NCBI GenBank assembly: GCA_964349955.1
Contig: CAYGIT010000003.1
Coordinates: 1 to 35,881, forward strand
DNA length: 35,881 nucleotides
DNA from: an uncultured bacterium
GTDB taxonomy: Bacteria; Omnitrophota; Omnitrophia; Omnitrophales; Aquincolibacteriaceae
Direction of reading: 5' to 3'
Shown: positions 1 to 8,110 of the stretch, one piece after another
Layout: each line of letters begins with the position of its first letter
How positions within the stretch are numbered: the first letter of the stretch is position 1
Translations under genes and position numbers: made by a program
The notes under the pieces: model-generated
The model's database searches: none
Seen by the model: the letters and a program-made list of their open reading frames with translations, nothing else
What the model was told of the DNA's origin: nothing

Positions 1-133
1 CTAATGGAAAGATACACGGTGATTTATAAAAAAGCAAATCAAAATACAATATTTTTTAACTTATTATAAATAAAGGAGTTAGAGATGGTAAAGCGCTAGC
101 AGGAAGTGCTTTTTTAAAACAATCGCAGGCTAT

Positions 134-199
134 GTCATCTTGAGGAGCGCAGCGACAAAGGATCCATTCTTTGAGATGCTTCGCCACGCTCAGCATAAC
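134..199. repeat. Imperfect palindromic REP-like element, a diverged member of the GTCATCCTGAGCG...GAAGGATC family (family A)
   Basis: The left arm gtcatcttgaggagcgcagcgacaaaggatc (134-164) and right arm gatgcttcgccacgctcagcataac (175-199) are imperfect reverse complements. The element lies just 3' of the rarA stop. Confidence 0.5.
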
Positions 200-212
200 A
201 AAAGTGAAAGGG

Positions 213-1541
213 TTACTTCCGCGCCGCGCGCGATTGATTCAATTTCTCCGCCAACCGGCTTTCATATCCTGAATTTTTCGGCCGGTAATAATCTTTTCTT
301 TGCGGGAGAAAAGCCTGGGTATCCGGGCCCGGGAGATTATGAGAGTATTGATACCCTTCTCCGCGGCCCAGTTTTTTCGCCCCCTTGTAATGGGCGTCGC
401 GAAAGGCCGCGGGCACTTCCTGCGAAGTTTCATTTTTCACATCCGCAGTTGCTTCCGAAATAGCAATGGTGCTGGCATTGCTTTTTGGCGCGGTTGCCAT
501 ATACGTGACAAGCTGCGACAGGATCAACCGGGCTTCAGGCATTCCGACAAATTCAATCGCCTGCATTCCCGCCGCAGCCAGAATCAGGGCTTGCGGGTCC
601 GCATTCCCGATGTCCTCGCTGGCAAGAATTAAAATCCGGCGCATGATAAAACGCGGGTCTTCCCCGGCATACAACATTTTTGCGAGCCAATAAACGGCGG
701 CATCCGGGTCTGAACCGCGCATACACTTGATGAAAACACTGGCGGTATCATAATGATAATCTTCATCCGGATCATAATAGACAATCCGCTTTTGGCAGGA
801 TTCTTCCGCAGCTTTTTCATCCAGAAGAATCGTACCGCCGGAATCCGGAGGCGTGGTAAGGACCGCAATTTCAAGGGCATTGAGCGCCCGGCGCGCATCC
901 CCTGAAGCCGATTTGGCAATATGCGCGAGTGCCCGAAGCTCGGCCTTGACTTTCACTTTTCCGAATCCCCGTTCTTCGTCCTTCAAGGCCCGGTTTAAAA
1001 GGCCGGTCAAATCTTTTTCTTCCAGTGGATGCAATTCGAAAATCGTGGAGCGCGAAAGTAGCGGCCCGATAATCGCGAAAGAGGGATTGTGGGTGGTCGC
1101 GCCAATCAAAACAAGCCTGCCCGACTCCACATCCGGCATCAGAACATCCTGTTGCGCTTTGTTGAAGCGGTGGATTTCATCGATGAAAAGCGTAGTGCGT
1201 TTGCCGGTGGCTGCAAGACGCTTGGCATCTTCAATGACCTTGCGCAATTCAGCGACATTGGAAGTCACGGCATTGAGCGTTATAAAATGGGAGCAAGTGG
1301 CCAGTGAAATGACTTTGGCGAGTGTCGTTTTGCCGCTGCCGGGCGGCCCATACAAAAGGATGGAAGTCCAACGGTCGGATTCGATAGTACGGCGAAGCAA
1401 TTTCCCGGGCGCGAGCAGATGCTCCTGGCCTGCGATTTCGACCAGGGTGCAGGGCCGCATGCGCGCGGCTAGTGGAAGATTCGTTTGCTTTTCGGTTTTC
1501 GAAAAATCTGCCGGGTCTGAAAAAAGTTCGGGATTCGTCAC
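213..1541 (-). CDS. rarA: Replication-associated recombination protein A (RarA/MgsA AAA+ ATPase)
   Basis: The translation has the PLAARMRP...GQEHLL N-terminal motif, Walker A GPPGSGKTT, FIDEIHRFNK and a MgsA-type C-terminal domain. The track ORF starts at ATG 1613 but would overlap pheT by 71 nt. GTG at 1541 sits 1 nt after the pheT stop and gives a typical N-terminal length. Confidence 0.9.
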   Translation of the reverse strand: MTNPELFSDPADFSKTEKQTNLPLAARMRPCTLVEIAGQEHLLAPGKLLRRTIESDRWTSILLYGPPGSGKTTLAKVISLATCSHFITLNAVTSNVAELRKVIEDAKRLAATGKRTTLFIDEIHRFNKAQQDVLMPDVESGRLVLIGATTHNPSFAIIGPLLSRSTIFELHPLEEKDLTGLLNRALKDEERGFGKVKVKAELRALAHIAKSASGDARRALNALEIAVLTTPPDSGGTILLDEKAAEESCQKRIVYYDPDEDYHYDTASVFIKCMRGSDPDAAVYWLAKMLYAGEDPRFIMRRILILASEDIGNADPQALILAAAGMQAIEFVGMPEARLILSQLVTYMATAPKSNASTIAISEATADVKNETSQEVPAAFRDAHYKGAKKLGRGEGYQYSHNLPGPDTQAFLPQRKDYYRPKNSGYESRLAEKLNQSRAARK

Positions 1542-1542
1542 A

Positions 1543-3600
1543 TTATTGAAACGTGGCCTGAAACTGCCTGGCGAGGGAATCTGCGATTTCGGTGTGGAGC
1601 TTCTGGATTTCATCGGCCAGCAGGGTTTTTTCGCGTGATTGGTAAATCACGTGAAAGCCGATGTTTTTGCAGCCTTTGGGAATGCGCCCCCCCGTAAAAA
1701 GGTCAAAAAGCTCGACGCGCAAAATCAGGCCGCGGCCCAGTTTTAAAATCCGGTCCTGGAGAATTCCGGCTTTTGTGGATGCGGGGACCACCATGGCAAT
1801 GTCCCGGGAAATCGAAGGATATTTCGGCGGGTCGCGAAAGATCCGGCATCCTTTTTTTATCATCGCGGTAATCTTGGGAAGCGAGAGTTCCGCGTAATAG
1901 ACCCGCTCTTCAATCCCCCAGGCAGCTAAAATCCGGGCATCCAGCTCTCCGATGATTCCAAGCACGGCATTGCCCGAAGAAATTTTTTCGCTGCCCGGCC
2001 GGATTAAAAAGGAATATTCCCCAGGCTCGCACTCAAACGTTTCAACGCCCGAATGCTCCAGAAAGGCATTGACCGCTCCTTTTAAATCGTAAAAAGACGC
2101 ATCTCGCTCGGCATCCAGCCAGTTCTTTTGTTTCCATTTTCCAAACAACGCCAATCCCGCCGATTTTGTTTCTTCGGTGAGTTTATTGGAAAGCAAACGG
2201 TAGAGATTGGCGATTTCGAAAAAGGCCCCTCCTCGGGCGCCCTGGCGGATATTTTTCTGAATCACGCCCAGCAGGCTCGGATAAAACCGGGGGCGCATCA
2301 TTGTCAATTCCTGATTGCGCGGGTTGTCGACCTTCACCGCGTCCGCCGCATCGTCAGGTTCCGCTTGAGCCGGCGAAATCAGGCTAAAGGTGACCGTTTC
2401 AAAAAATCCGGCAGCACTGAAAAAATCACGGCCGGTTTCTTCAAGCTCAATCACGGGATTAGCCGAAGGGAGAAACGGCGCTTTGGCCGGCAGGGTTTCG
2501 GGAATCCGGTCGTAGCCGTAAATCCGGGCAATCTCCTCGACCAGGTCCACCGGATGGGCGATGTCCGGGCGAAAACCGGGAACGGAAACTTTCCAGCTTT
2601 CTTCCGAATCTTTTTTGACCTGCATTCCCAAGCGGGTCAAAATCGAAAATGCCTCATGCGGCTTGACCGGCGCTCCGAGTTTCTTCGTAATTTCAGCAAG
2701 GTTCAGATGCACGGTTTCACGCCCCGCCGCCGGTTTGTCCCCCGCTTTTAACACCGCGCTCACAAAACGGGGTTTGGCATATTGACGGATGAACGCAATC
2801 GCCCGTTCGCGGGCAAAATCCACGCCATCCGGATCCACCTTTCTTTCGAAACGATACGAGGAATCGCTCGAAAGTCCGAAGCGGCGCGAGGTTTTTCGCA
2901 CCCAGCGCGGATTAAAATAAGCCGATTCGAGAAAAATATTGCGCGTGGGTCCGCTGATTTCCGTATTTTTTCCGCCCATCACCCCGGCAAGGGCTGCAGC
3001 CTGACGCGCATCCGCAATCACAAGATCATCCGCCTCAAGCTTGAGCTCGCGCCCGTTGATCGCGATCAAGGCCTCCCCGGCCTTGGCACGCCGGATCCGG
3101 ACCTCGCGGCCCTCTAAAAGATCCGCATCAAAAGCATGCAAAGGCTGACCGGTTTCAAAAAGAACGTAATTGGTCACATCCACAAGAAAATTAACGGAAC
3201 GCACCCCGCAGGCTTCCAGGCGCGCTTTCATGAAATCGGGAGTAGGTACCGGATTCACGCCTTCTATATAGACGCCGGTATAATAAGGACAGCCCTCGTT
3301 TTCTTTCAGCTCCACTTTCCATCCGGGCGCGGCGGGGCGGTTGGCCACCTTGTCAATTTCAGGCATTTTCAGGGAGAGATTTTCCACAGCTGCGATTTCA
3401 CGGGCAATGCCGAGATGCGAAAGCCAGTCCGGGCGGTTGGAAGTCACTTCGACTTCGAAAAGAATGTCTTTTTCTTTTTGTGTGGAAATCGTTTCGATTT
3501 TTTTGACTTCGAGACCCGCCATGGTCAAATGGTCGGCAATCCGTTCAAGCGGAGGGGGCAAAGTGACAAAATCCTTCAGCCAGTTCGTGCTTACTTTCAT
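1543..3600 (-). CDS. pheT: Phenylalanine--tRNA ligase beta subunit (short form, no B2 OB-fold tRNA-binding domain)
   Basis: This 685-aa ORF has B3/4, B5 and C-terminal FDX-ACB-like regions recognisable by eye (NRPDWLSHLGIAREIAA, VTNYVLFETGQPLHAFD). It overlaps the pheS stop by 4 nt. Confidence 0.93.
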   Translation of the reverse strand: MKVSTNWLKDFVTLPPPLERIADHLTMAGLEVKKIETISTQKEKDILFEVEVTSNRPDWLSHLGIAREIAAVENLSLKMPEIDKVANRPAAPGWKVELKENEGCPYYTGVYIEGVNPVPTPDFMKARLEACGVRSVNFLVDVTNYVLFETGQPLHAFDADLLEGREVRIRRAKAGEALIAINGRELKLEADDLVIADARQAAALAGVMGGKNTEISGPTRNIFLESAYFNPRWVRKTSRRFGLSSDSSYRFERKVDPDGVDFARERAIAFIRQYAKPRFVSAVLKAGDKPAAGRETVHLNLAEITKKLGAPVKPHEAFSILTRLGMQVKKDSEESWKVSVPGFRPDIAHPVDLVEEIARIYGYDRIPETLPAKAPFLPSANPVIELEETGRDFFSAAGFFETVTFSLISPAQAEPDDAADAVKVDNPRNQELTMMRPRFYPSLLGVIQKNIRQGARGGAFFEIANLYRLLSNKLTEETKSAGLALFGKWKQKNWLDAERDASFYDLKGAVNAFLEHSGVETFECEPGEYSFLIRPGSEKISSGNAVLGIIGELDARILAAWGIEERVYYAELSLPKITAMIKKGCRIFRDPPKYPSISRDIAMVVPASTKAGILQDRILKLGRGLILRVELFDLFTGGRIPKGCKNIGFHVIYQSREKTLLADEIQKLHTEIADSLARQFQATFQ

Positions 3601-4568
3601 GAGAATTGCCTAAGAAATCTCAGGTCATTTTCGTAAAAAAAACGGATGTCGGGAATGCCGTGGCGGAGCATGGCGATGCGTTCGACGCCCAGCCCAAAAG
3701 CAAAGCCCGAAACGGTCCTGGGATCGTAGCCCACGGCCTGAAAAACATTCGGATGCACGGTTCCAGCACCTAAAATTTCGAGCCATCCTTTTCCCCATTG
3801 AATGTCCACTTCGACACTCGGTTCGGTGAACGGAAAAAAATGCGGACGAAAGCGGACTTTGGTTTCCGACCCGAAAAGTTGTCTCAGGAAAAGCAGCAGA
3901 ACTCCTTTTAAATCGCTGAAAGTAATCCCCTCATCGACCATCAAGCCTTCGATCTGGTGGAACATGAAGGAATGGCTGGCATCGACTTCGTCGGGACGGT
4001 AGACCCGTCCCGGCGCAATGATGCGCAGCGGCGGTTTGCGGGCCTGCATGGCGCGGATTTGCACAGTGGAAGTCTGGGAACGCAAAAGCTGCCCGTTGGC
4101 GGTATAAAAAGTATCGAAGGAATCGCGGGAAGGATGGTCGGCCGGAATATTCAGGGCCGTAAAATTATAAAATTCCCCTTCGATTTCCGGGCCATCAACA
4201 CGCTCGAATCCGAGGCGCTCAAAAATCCGGGAAATTTCGCGGATGGTCTGCGTGAGCGGGTGAATGCCTCCCAATACGGGAGAAATTCCTGGCAGGGTTT
4301 CATCGAACAAAGGAGCCGCCGAGGAAACCGGCGTTTGACCGGCCTTACGGCTTTGGATCGCCTCCAGCAAAAACTCTTTCAGGCGATTGACTTCAATCCC
4401 GAAAGCTTTGCGCTCTTCTCCGGTCAGACCCTTCAACTGCTCCATGAGCCGGGTGAGCTTTCCTTTCTTCCCTAAATAGTCAATCCGGAAAGACTCAAGC
4501 GCCTCCGGAGACTTGATTTCGGCAAGCCTTTGGCGGGCTTCGGCTTCAATATCCTGAATCGAGTTCAT
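3597..4568 (-). CDS. pheS: Phenylalanine--tRNA ligase alpha subunit
   Basis: This 323-aa ORF carries class II motifs (HPSRDSFDTFY, FRPHFFPFTEPS, GAGTVHPNV, FAFGLGVERIAML) and is coupled to pheT. Confidence 0.95.
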   Translation of the reverse strand: MNSIQDIEAEARQRLAEIKSPEALESFRIDYLGKKGKLTRLMEQLKGLTGEERKAFGIEVNRLKEFLLEAIQSRKAGQTPVSSAAPLFDETLPGISPVLGGIHPLTQTIREISRIFERLGFERVDGPEIEGEFYNFTALNIPADHPSRDSFDTFYTANGQLLRSQTSTVQIRAMQARKPPLRIIAPGRVYRPDEVDASHSFMFHQIEGLMVDEGITFSDLKGVLLLFLRQLFGSETKVRFRPHFFPFTEPSVEVDIQWGKGWLEILGAGTVHPNVFQAVGYDPRTVSGFAFGLGVERIAMLRHGIPDIRFFYENDLRFLRQFS

Positions 4569-4575
4569 AGTCAGA

Positions 4576-4620
4576 GATCCCCGATAAAAACATTCGGGGA
4601 TGACGTAAAAAGCACGTCAT
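4576..4620. repeat. Family B REP-like hairpin (GATCCCCGA-N9-TCGGGGATGAC) followed by a second hairpin TGACGT-N7-ACGTCA
   Basis: The stem tccccga/tcgggga spans 4578-4600. The stem tgacgt/acgtca spans 4601-4619 and overlaps the rplT stop. The pair fills the rplT-pheS spacer. Confidence 0.7.
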
Positions 4621-4970
4621 TTTTTCGTTCCGGCCAGCTCCACAAGTTTCTTGAAGGCCGCTTCATCGCGCACGGCAATATCGGCCAAAACTTTGCGGTC
4701 GAGCGAAATATTCGCATGCTTCAAACCCGCGATAAAACGGGAATAAGTGGTCCCGAACTTGCGGCAGGCGGCATTGATGCGGATGGTCCAGAGCCGGCGG
4801 AACTGGCGCTTGCGCTGTTTCCGGTCACGCGTGGCAAAAACCATGGCCCGCATGACGGTTTCATGCGCAGTGCGGAAAAGCTTGCGCCGGCCGCTAAAAA
4901 AACCTTTCGCGCGTTTGAGGACTTTTTTCCGTCTTTTTTTTGATGCGGGTGTATTGGTTGCTCTCGGCAT
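4617..4970 (-). CDS. rplT: 50S ribosomal protein L20
   Basis: This 117-aa ORF reads MPRATN...[21 protein letters not shown]...[10 protein letters not shown], a typical bL20 sequence. Confidence 0.96.
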   Translation of the reverse strand: MPRATNTPASKKRRKKVLKRAKGFFSGRRKLFRTAHETVMRAMVFATRDRKQRKRQFRRLWTIRINAACRKFGTTYSRFIAGLKHANISLDRKVLADIAVRDEAAFKKLVELAGTKK

Positions 4971-4993
4971 AGGAAAACTCCTTTATTTATCAT

Positions 4994-5062
4994 GTCATTC
5001 CCGAATGATTTTGTCGGGAATCGTCAACTTGTTGATCCCCGACAGAAAATTTCGGGGATGAC
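4994..5062. repeat. Two tandem family B REP-like hairpins between rpmI and rplT
   Basis: The two hairpins are gtcattcccga-atgattttg-tcgggaatc (4994-5022) and gatccccga-cagaaaatt-tcggggatgac (5034-5062). The outer ends gtcat/atgac are also inverted. Confidence 0.75.
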
Positions 5063-5071
5063 TGGTATTAT

Positions 5072-5272
5072 TTAATGTCCGTAAGGCAAGAGCTTAAAAA
5101 CACGTTTGCGGTCCGTAGGATCCACATGACGGGCTTTCCGGCTCTGCCGTTTTTTCTTGGGGCTGCGGTCCGTCATCATATGACGGCGAAACGACCCCCG
5201 AGACAGTACTTTTTTGTTTTTAGTGATCCTGAAGCGTTTTCTAGCTGCTTTGTTCGTTTTGATTTTTGGCAT
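5072..5272 (-). CDS. rpmI: 50S ribosomal protein L35
   Basis: This 66-aa basic ORF reads MPKIKTNKAARKRFRITKNKK, a typical bL35 sequence. Confidence 0.95.
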   Translation of the reverse strand: MPKIKTNKAARKRFRITKNKKVLSRGSFRRHMMTDRSPKKKRQSRKARHVDPTDRKRVFKLLPYGH

Positions 5273-5876
5273 CAGTTTCCCCTTCTTTTTTCAAAACTTC
5301 TTTCTTTAAAACTTCTCCCTCACGCGGCTCCGGCTTCTTGGGTGCAGCCGCCTGCGGGGTAAAATAAAGATGAATGGCATTGCCTTCCAGCCCCCCATTG
5401 CGTTCGATTTCGGCGACATCGGAAATGTCTTCGGTAAAGCGCTGAATGATGCGCCTGCCGATATCCGCATGCGTGATTTCACGTCCGCGGAAAAACATGG
5501 TGAGCTTCACTTTGTCGCCCCGCTCGATAAATTTGCGGGCATTCCTTAGTTTGGTCTGATAATCGTGTTCTTCGATTTTCAGGGTCATCTTGACCTCTTT
5601 GACCAAAATCACTTTTTGCTTTTTGCGCGCTTCTTTTTCTTTTTTACTCAAATTGTACAGAAACTTGCTGAGATCCAGAATCCGGCAAACAGGCGGTTTT
5701 GCCAGCGGGGCCACTTCCACGAGATCATAACCTTCTTCCTGCGCGCGGCGGAGAGCATCCCGCGTCGGCACAATCCCGATTTGCTCGCCTTTGAAGCCGA
5801 TCAGGCGCACTTGCGGCACCCGGATCTGCTCATTGGATCTGACTTTAACGCTGCTAGGGTTTCTGTACGGTAACAA
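5241..5876 (-). CDS. infC: Translation initiation factor IF-3 with a Lys/Glu-rich C-terminal tail
   Basis: This 211-aa ORF contains NEQIRVPQVRLIG, the IF3 N and C domains, and MFFRGREITH. It starts at TTG 5876 preceded by AAGGAGG. Its 3' end overlaps the rpmI start by 32 nt. Confidence 0.92.
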   Translation of the reverse strand: MLPYRNPSSVKVRSNEQIRVPQVRLIGFKGEQIGIVPTRDALRRAQEEGYDLVEVAPLAKPPVCRILDLSKFLYNLSKKEKEARKKQKVILVKEVKMTLKIEEHDYQTKLRNARKFIERGDKVKLTMFFRGREITHADIGRRIIQRFTEDISDVAEIERNGGLEGNAIHLYFTPQAAAPKKPEPREGEVLKKEVLKKEGETDAKNQNEQSS

Positions 5877-5902
5877 TGAACCTCCTTATGGTTAAAAATT
5901 CG

Positions 5903-7630
5903 CTAGATTTTTTTCTGAATTTCTTCCTGCAAACGCGCCACCAAAACGTCGATCGCCATGGCCCCGAGGTCCTGACGACCGCGCTTTCGCACTGCCGCGG
6001 TTCCCGATTCCGCTTCCCGGTCGCCGATCACGAGGGCGTAGGGGATTTTTTGCATTTCGGCCTCGCGAATTTTATATCCGACTTTGTCCGAACCGAAATC
6101 TTCTCCCACGCGAAACCCTTTGCCCTTCAGCAAAGAAGAAATTTTTTGCGCCGCTTCTGTGTGTTTTTCGGAAATGGCCAAAACCCGGACCTGCTCCGGC
6201 GCCAGCCAGAGCGGAAAAGCGCCGGCATAGTGTTCCACCAAAATTCCGTAAAAGCGCTCGACCGATCCGAAAACGGCGCGATGCACCATGACCGGTTTTT
6301 TTTCCTTGTTATCGCTGTCAATAAACCCGAGGCCGAAGCGCTCGGGCATTTGAAAATCAAGCTGGATCGTTCCGCACTGCCATTCCCGGCCGATGGAATC
6401 TGTAATTTCAAAATCGATCTTGGGGCCGTAAAACGCTCCCCCGCCTTCCTGAACCTGGTACTGAATGGCATTGTGCGTCAAGGCCGCTCTCAACCCTTCC
6501 GTGGCCTTGCGCCAGATTTCGTCACTGCCCATGGAATCCTTGGGGCGAAGGGATAAACTGATTTTAATTTCTTCAAATCCGAATGTCTTGTAAATCCGTA
6601 AAATCAGGGCAATGCATTGTGCAATTTCGCGCTCGATCTGGTCTTCCGTGCAAAAAATATGGGCATCATCGATGGTAAATGCATTGACCCGGAATAGCCC
6701 GTGCAAAACGCCGGACCGTTCATGCCGGTGCACCAGCCCGAGCTCCGCCAGTTTCAGGGGAAGTTCGCGATAAGATTTTTGCGCGGTGCGGTAGACCAGC
6801 GTACTGCCCGGGCAATTCATGGGCTTGATCGCAAAACTGCCTTCCTCCACTTCGGAGAAAAACATATTCTCTTTGTAATGATCGTAATGCCCGCTTTGGC
6901 GCCAAAGGCCGTCTTTGAGCAGAACCGGCGTCTTGATGATTTGATACCCTTCCTTTTCATGCTCTTCGCGCCAGTAAGAAACCAGGGCCTCATACAGGAT
7001 CATGCCTTTGGGATGATAAAAGGGCATCCCGGGCGCTTCTATATGGAAGCTGAAGAGATCAAGCTGGCGGCCGAGTTTGCGATGGTCGCGTTTTTTGGCC
7101 TCTTCAAGACGGGTCAGGTATTTTTCAAGTTCCGCTTTGTCAAAGAACGCAGTTCCGTAAATGCGCTGGAGCATTTTATTATGCTCATTGCCGCGCCAGT
7201 AAGCGCCGGCAACCGAAAGAAGCTTGAAGGCCGCCACTTCTTTCGTATTATGAATATGCCCGCCGCGGCATAAATCCGTGAAGGGGCCATTTTCAACCAG
7301 CGTGATTTCCCCTTCTTTCAAGCCATCCAGGATTTCAAGCTTGTAAGGCTGGCTGCGCCCGGTAAAAAAAGCTTCAGCGTCTTTTTTGACGACCGGGCGC
7401 TGCCGGAATTCCTGGGCCTCGGCAACAATCTGTCCCATCTTTTCTTCAAGCCGGCGTAAATCTTCGTCTTCAAACGGCGTTTCCCGGTCAAAATCATAAT
7501 AAAAACCATCCTTGATGGCCGGACCGATCGCCAGTTTGGTTTCGGGAAAAAGAGCCAGGACCGCTTGAGCGAGAATATGCGCAGTAGAATGGCGCAATTG
7601 TTCAAGCGCCTCGGGACTTGCTTTTACCAT
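5903..7630 (-). CDS. thrS: Threonine--tRNA ligase (short form lacking the N-terminal TGS domain)
   Basis: This 575-aa ORF starts directly at the editing-domain motif LRHSTAHILAQA. It has the class II core (KPMNCPG, HRHERSGVLHGLFRVNAFTIDDAHIF, GGAFYGPKIDF) and an anticodon-binding C-terminus. Confidence 0.95.
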   Translation of the reverse strand: MVKASPEALEQLRHSTAHILAQAVLALFPETKLAIGPAIKDGFYYDFDRETPFEDEDLRRLEEKMGQIVAEAQEFRQRPVVKKDAEAFFTGRSQPYKLEILDGLKEGEITLVENGPFTDLCRGGHIHNTKEVAAFKLLSVAGAYWRGNEHNKMLQRIYGTAFFDKAELEKYLTRLEEAKKRDHRKLGRQLDLFSFHIEAPGMPFYHPKGMILYEALVSYWREEHEKEGYQIIKTPVLLKDGLWRQSGHYDHYKENMFFSEVEEGSFAIKPMNCPGSTLVYRTAQKSYRELPLKLAELGLVHRHERSGVLHGLFRVNAFTIDDAHIFCTEDQIEREIAQCIALILRIYKTFGFEEIKISLSLRPKDSMGSDEIWRKATEGLRAALTHNAIQYQVQEGGGAFYGPKIDFEITDSIGREWQCGTIQLDFQMPERFGLGFIDSDNKEKKPVMVHRAVFGSVERFYGILVEHYAGAFPLWLAPEQVRVLAISEKHTEAAQKISSLLKGKGFRVGEDFGSDKVGYKIREAEMQKIPYALVIGDREAESGTAAVRKRGRQDLGAMAIDVLVARLQEEIQKKI

Positions 7631-7691
7631 GCCTTGCGTGACCGGTGGATAATAATGCCTTCCTATGTTCTATATCCTGTAAAAGGGGCGT

Positions 7692-7720
7692 ATTCTACAA
7701 TGCACCCTCTTTTCCTGCAA
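7692..7720 (-). promoter_or_regulatory. Candidate sigma70-type promoter for thrS (TTGCAG-N17-TAGAAT)
   Basis: On the minus strand, ttgcag (7720-7715) is followed by a 17-nt spacer and then tagaat (7697-7692), about 60 nt upstream of the thrS ATG. Confidence 0.4.
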
Positions 7721-7756
7721 CCCTTTTCCTTATGATGAGTTATAAATCCGGAGGGC

Positions 7757-7846
7757 TTATGCTTTGGGGGTAACTTTCTTTTTTCTGCGCTTTAAGCGGG
7801 CTTTCAGGCGTTTTCTTTTCAAACGCTTTTTGTGATCACGGCTCAT
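7757..7846 (-). CDS. Unlisted 29-codon hyper-basic small ORF (MSRDHKKRLKRKRLKARLKRRKKKVTPKA)
   Basis: The ORF runs from ATG at 7846 to TAA at 7759-7757. AGGAGG (minus strand of 7851-7856) lies 4 nt upstream. Of 29 residues, 18 are Lys or Arg. It sits between the YbcJ-like gene and thrS on the same strand. Confidence 0.5.
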   Translation of the reverse strand: MSRDHKKRLKRKRLKARLKRRKKKVTPKA

Positions 7847-7897
7847 GGACCCTCCTTTCGGTGCATAGCAATAACATAGACAGGGGCGCTTTTCAAC

Positions 7898-8110
7898 TCA
7901 TTTCACCAAAATATGCTTTCCTTCCCACTCTACGCGGCTCCCCGCCCGGACTTTAAAGGCTTTTCGCATTTCAGGGGCTCCATTGACTTTGACCTGCCCC
8001 TCGGAAATGGCGTATTTGGCAGCTCCCCCGCTTTCGCAAAGGCCGGTCACTTTGAGGAGTTTAAAGAGCTCGATGAATTCCTCTTTTAAAGAAAAGGCCA
8101 TTTCGCTCAT
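7898..8110 (-). CDS. ybcJ: S4-domain RNA-binding protein, YbcJ-like
   Basis: This 70-aa ORF reads ELFKLLKVTGLCESGGAAKYAISEGQVKVNG...RKAFKVRAG. It aligns by eye along its whole length with E. coli YbcJ and has a 4-nt overlap with the upstream ABC-F gene. Confidence 0.8.
   Translation of the reverse strand: MSEMAFSLKEEFIELFKLLKVTGLCESGGAAKYAISEGQVKVNGAPEMRKAFKVRAGSRVEWEGKHILVK

Noticed and set aside
1-133. A possible gene fragment or terminator at the AT-rich left edge. Candidates are a 22-codon + frame ending at 69 and a short minus-strand frame leaving the window.
   Set aside because: The fragments are too short, have no motif and no convincing start or SD. They cannot be evaluated without upstream sequence.
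213-1613. The ATG at 1613 as the rarA start (466-aa track ORF).
   Set aside because: It would overlap the pheT 3' end by 71 nt and add about 24 non-conserved residues. The GTG at 1541, 1 nt after the pheT stop, gives a canonical RarA N-terminus. The choice remains unverified.
853-1638. Long antisense or alternative-frame ORFs inside well-supported genes. Examples are 853-1638 (+), 2128-2751 (+), 3136-3636 (+), 5876-6556 (+), 6701-7273 (+), 14462-15061 (+), 17030-17527 (+), 22712-23431 (+) and 26499-27071 (+).
   Set aside because: Each lies entirely opposite a gene with clear family motifs. Their translations are low-complexity and Arg/Gly/Pro-rich with no recognisable motifs, which is typical of shadow ORFs.
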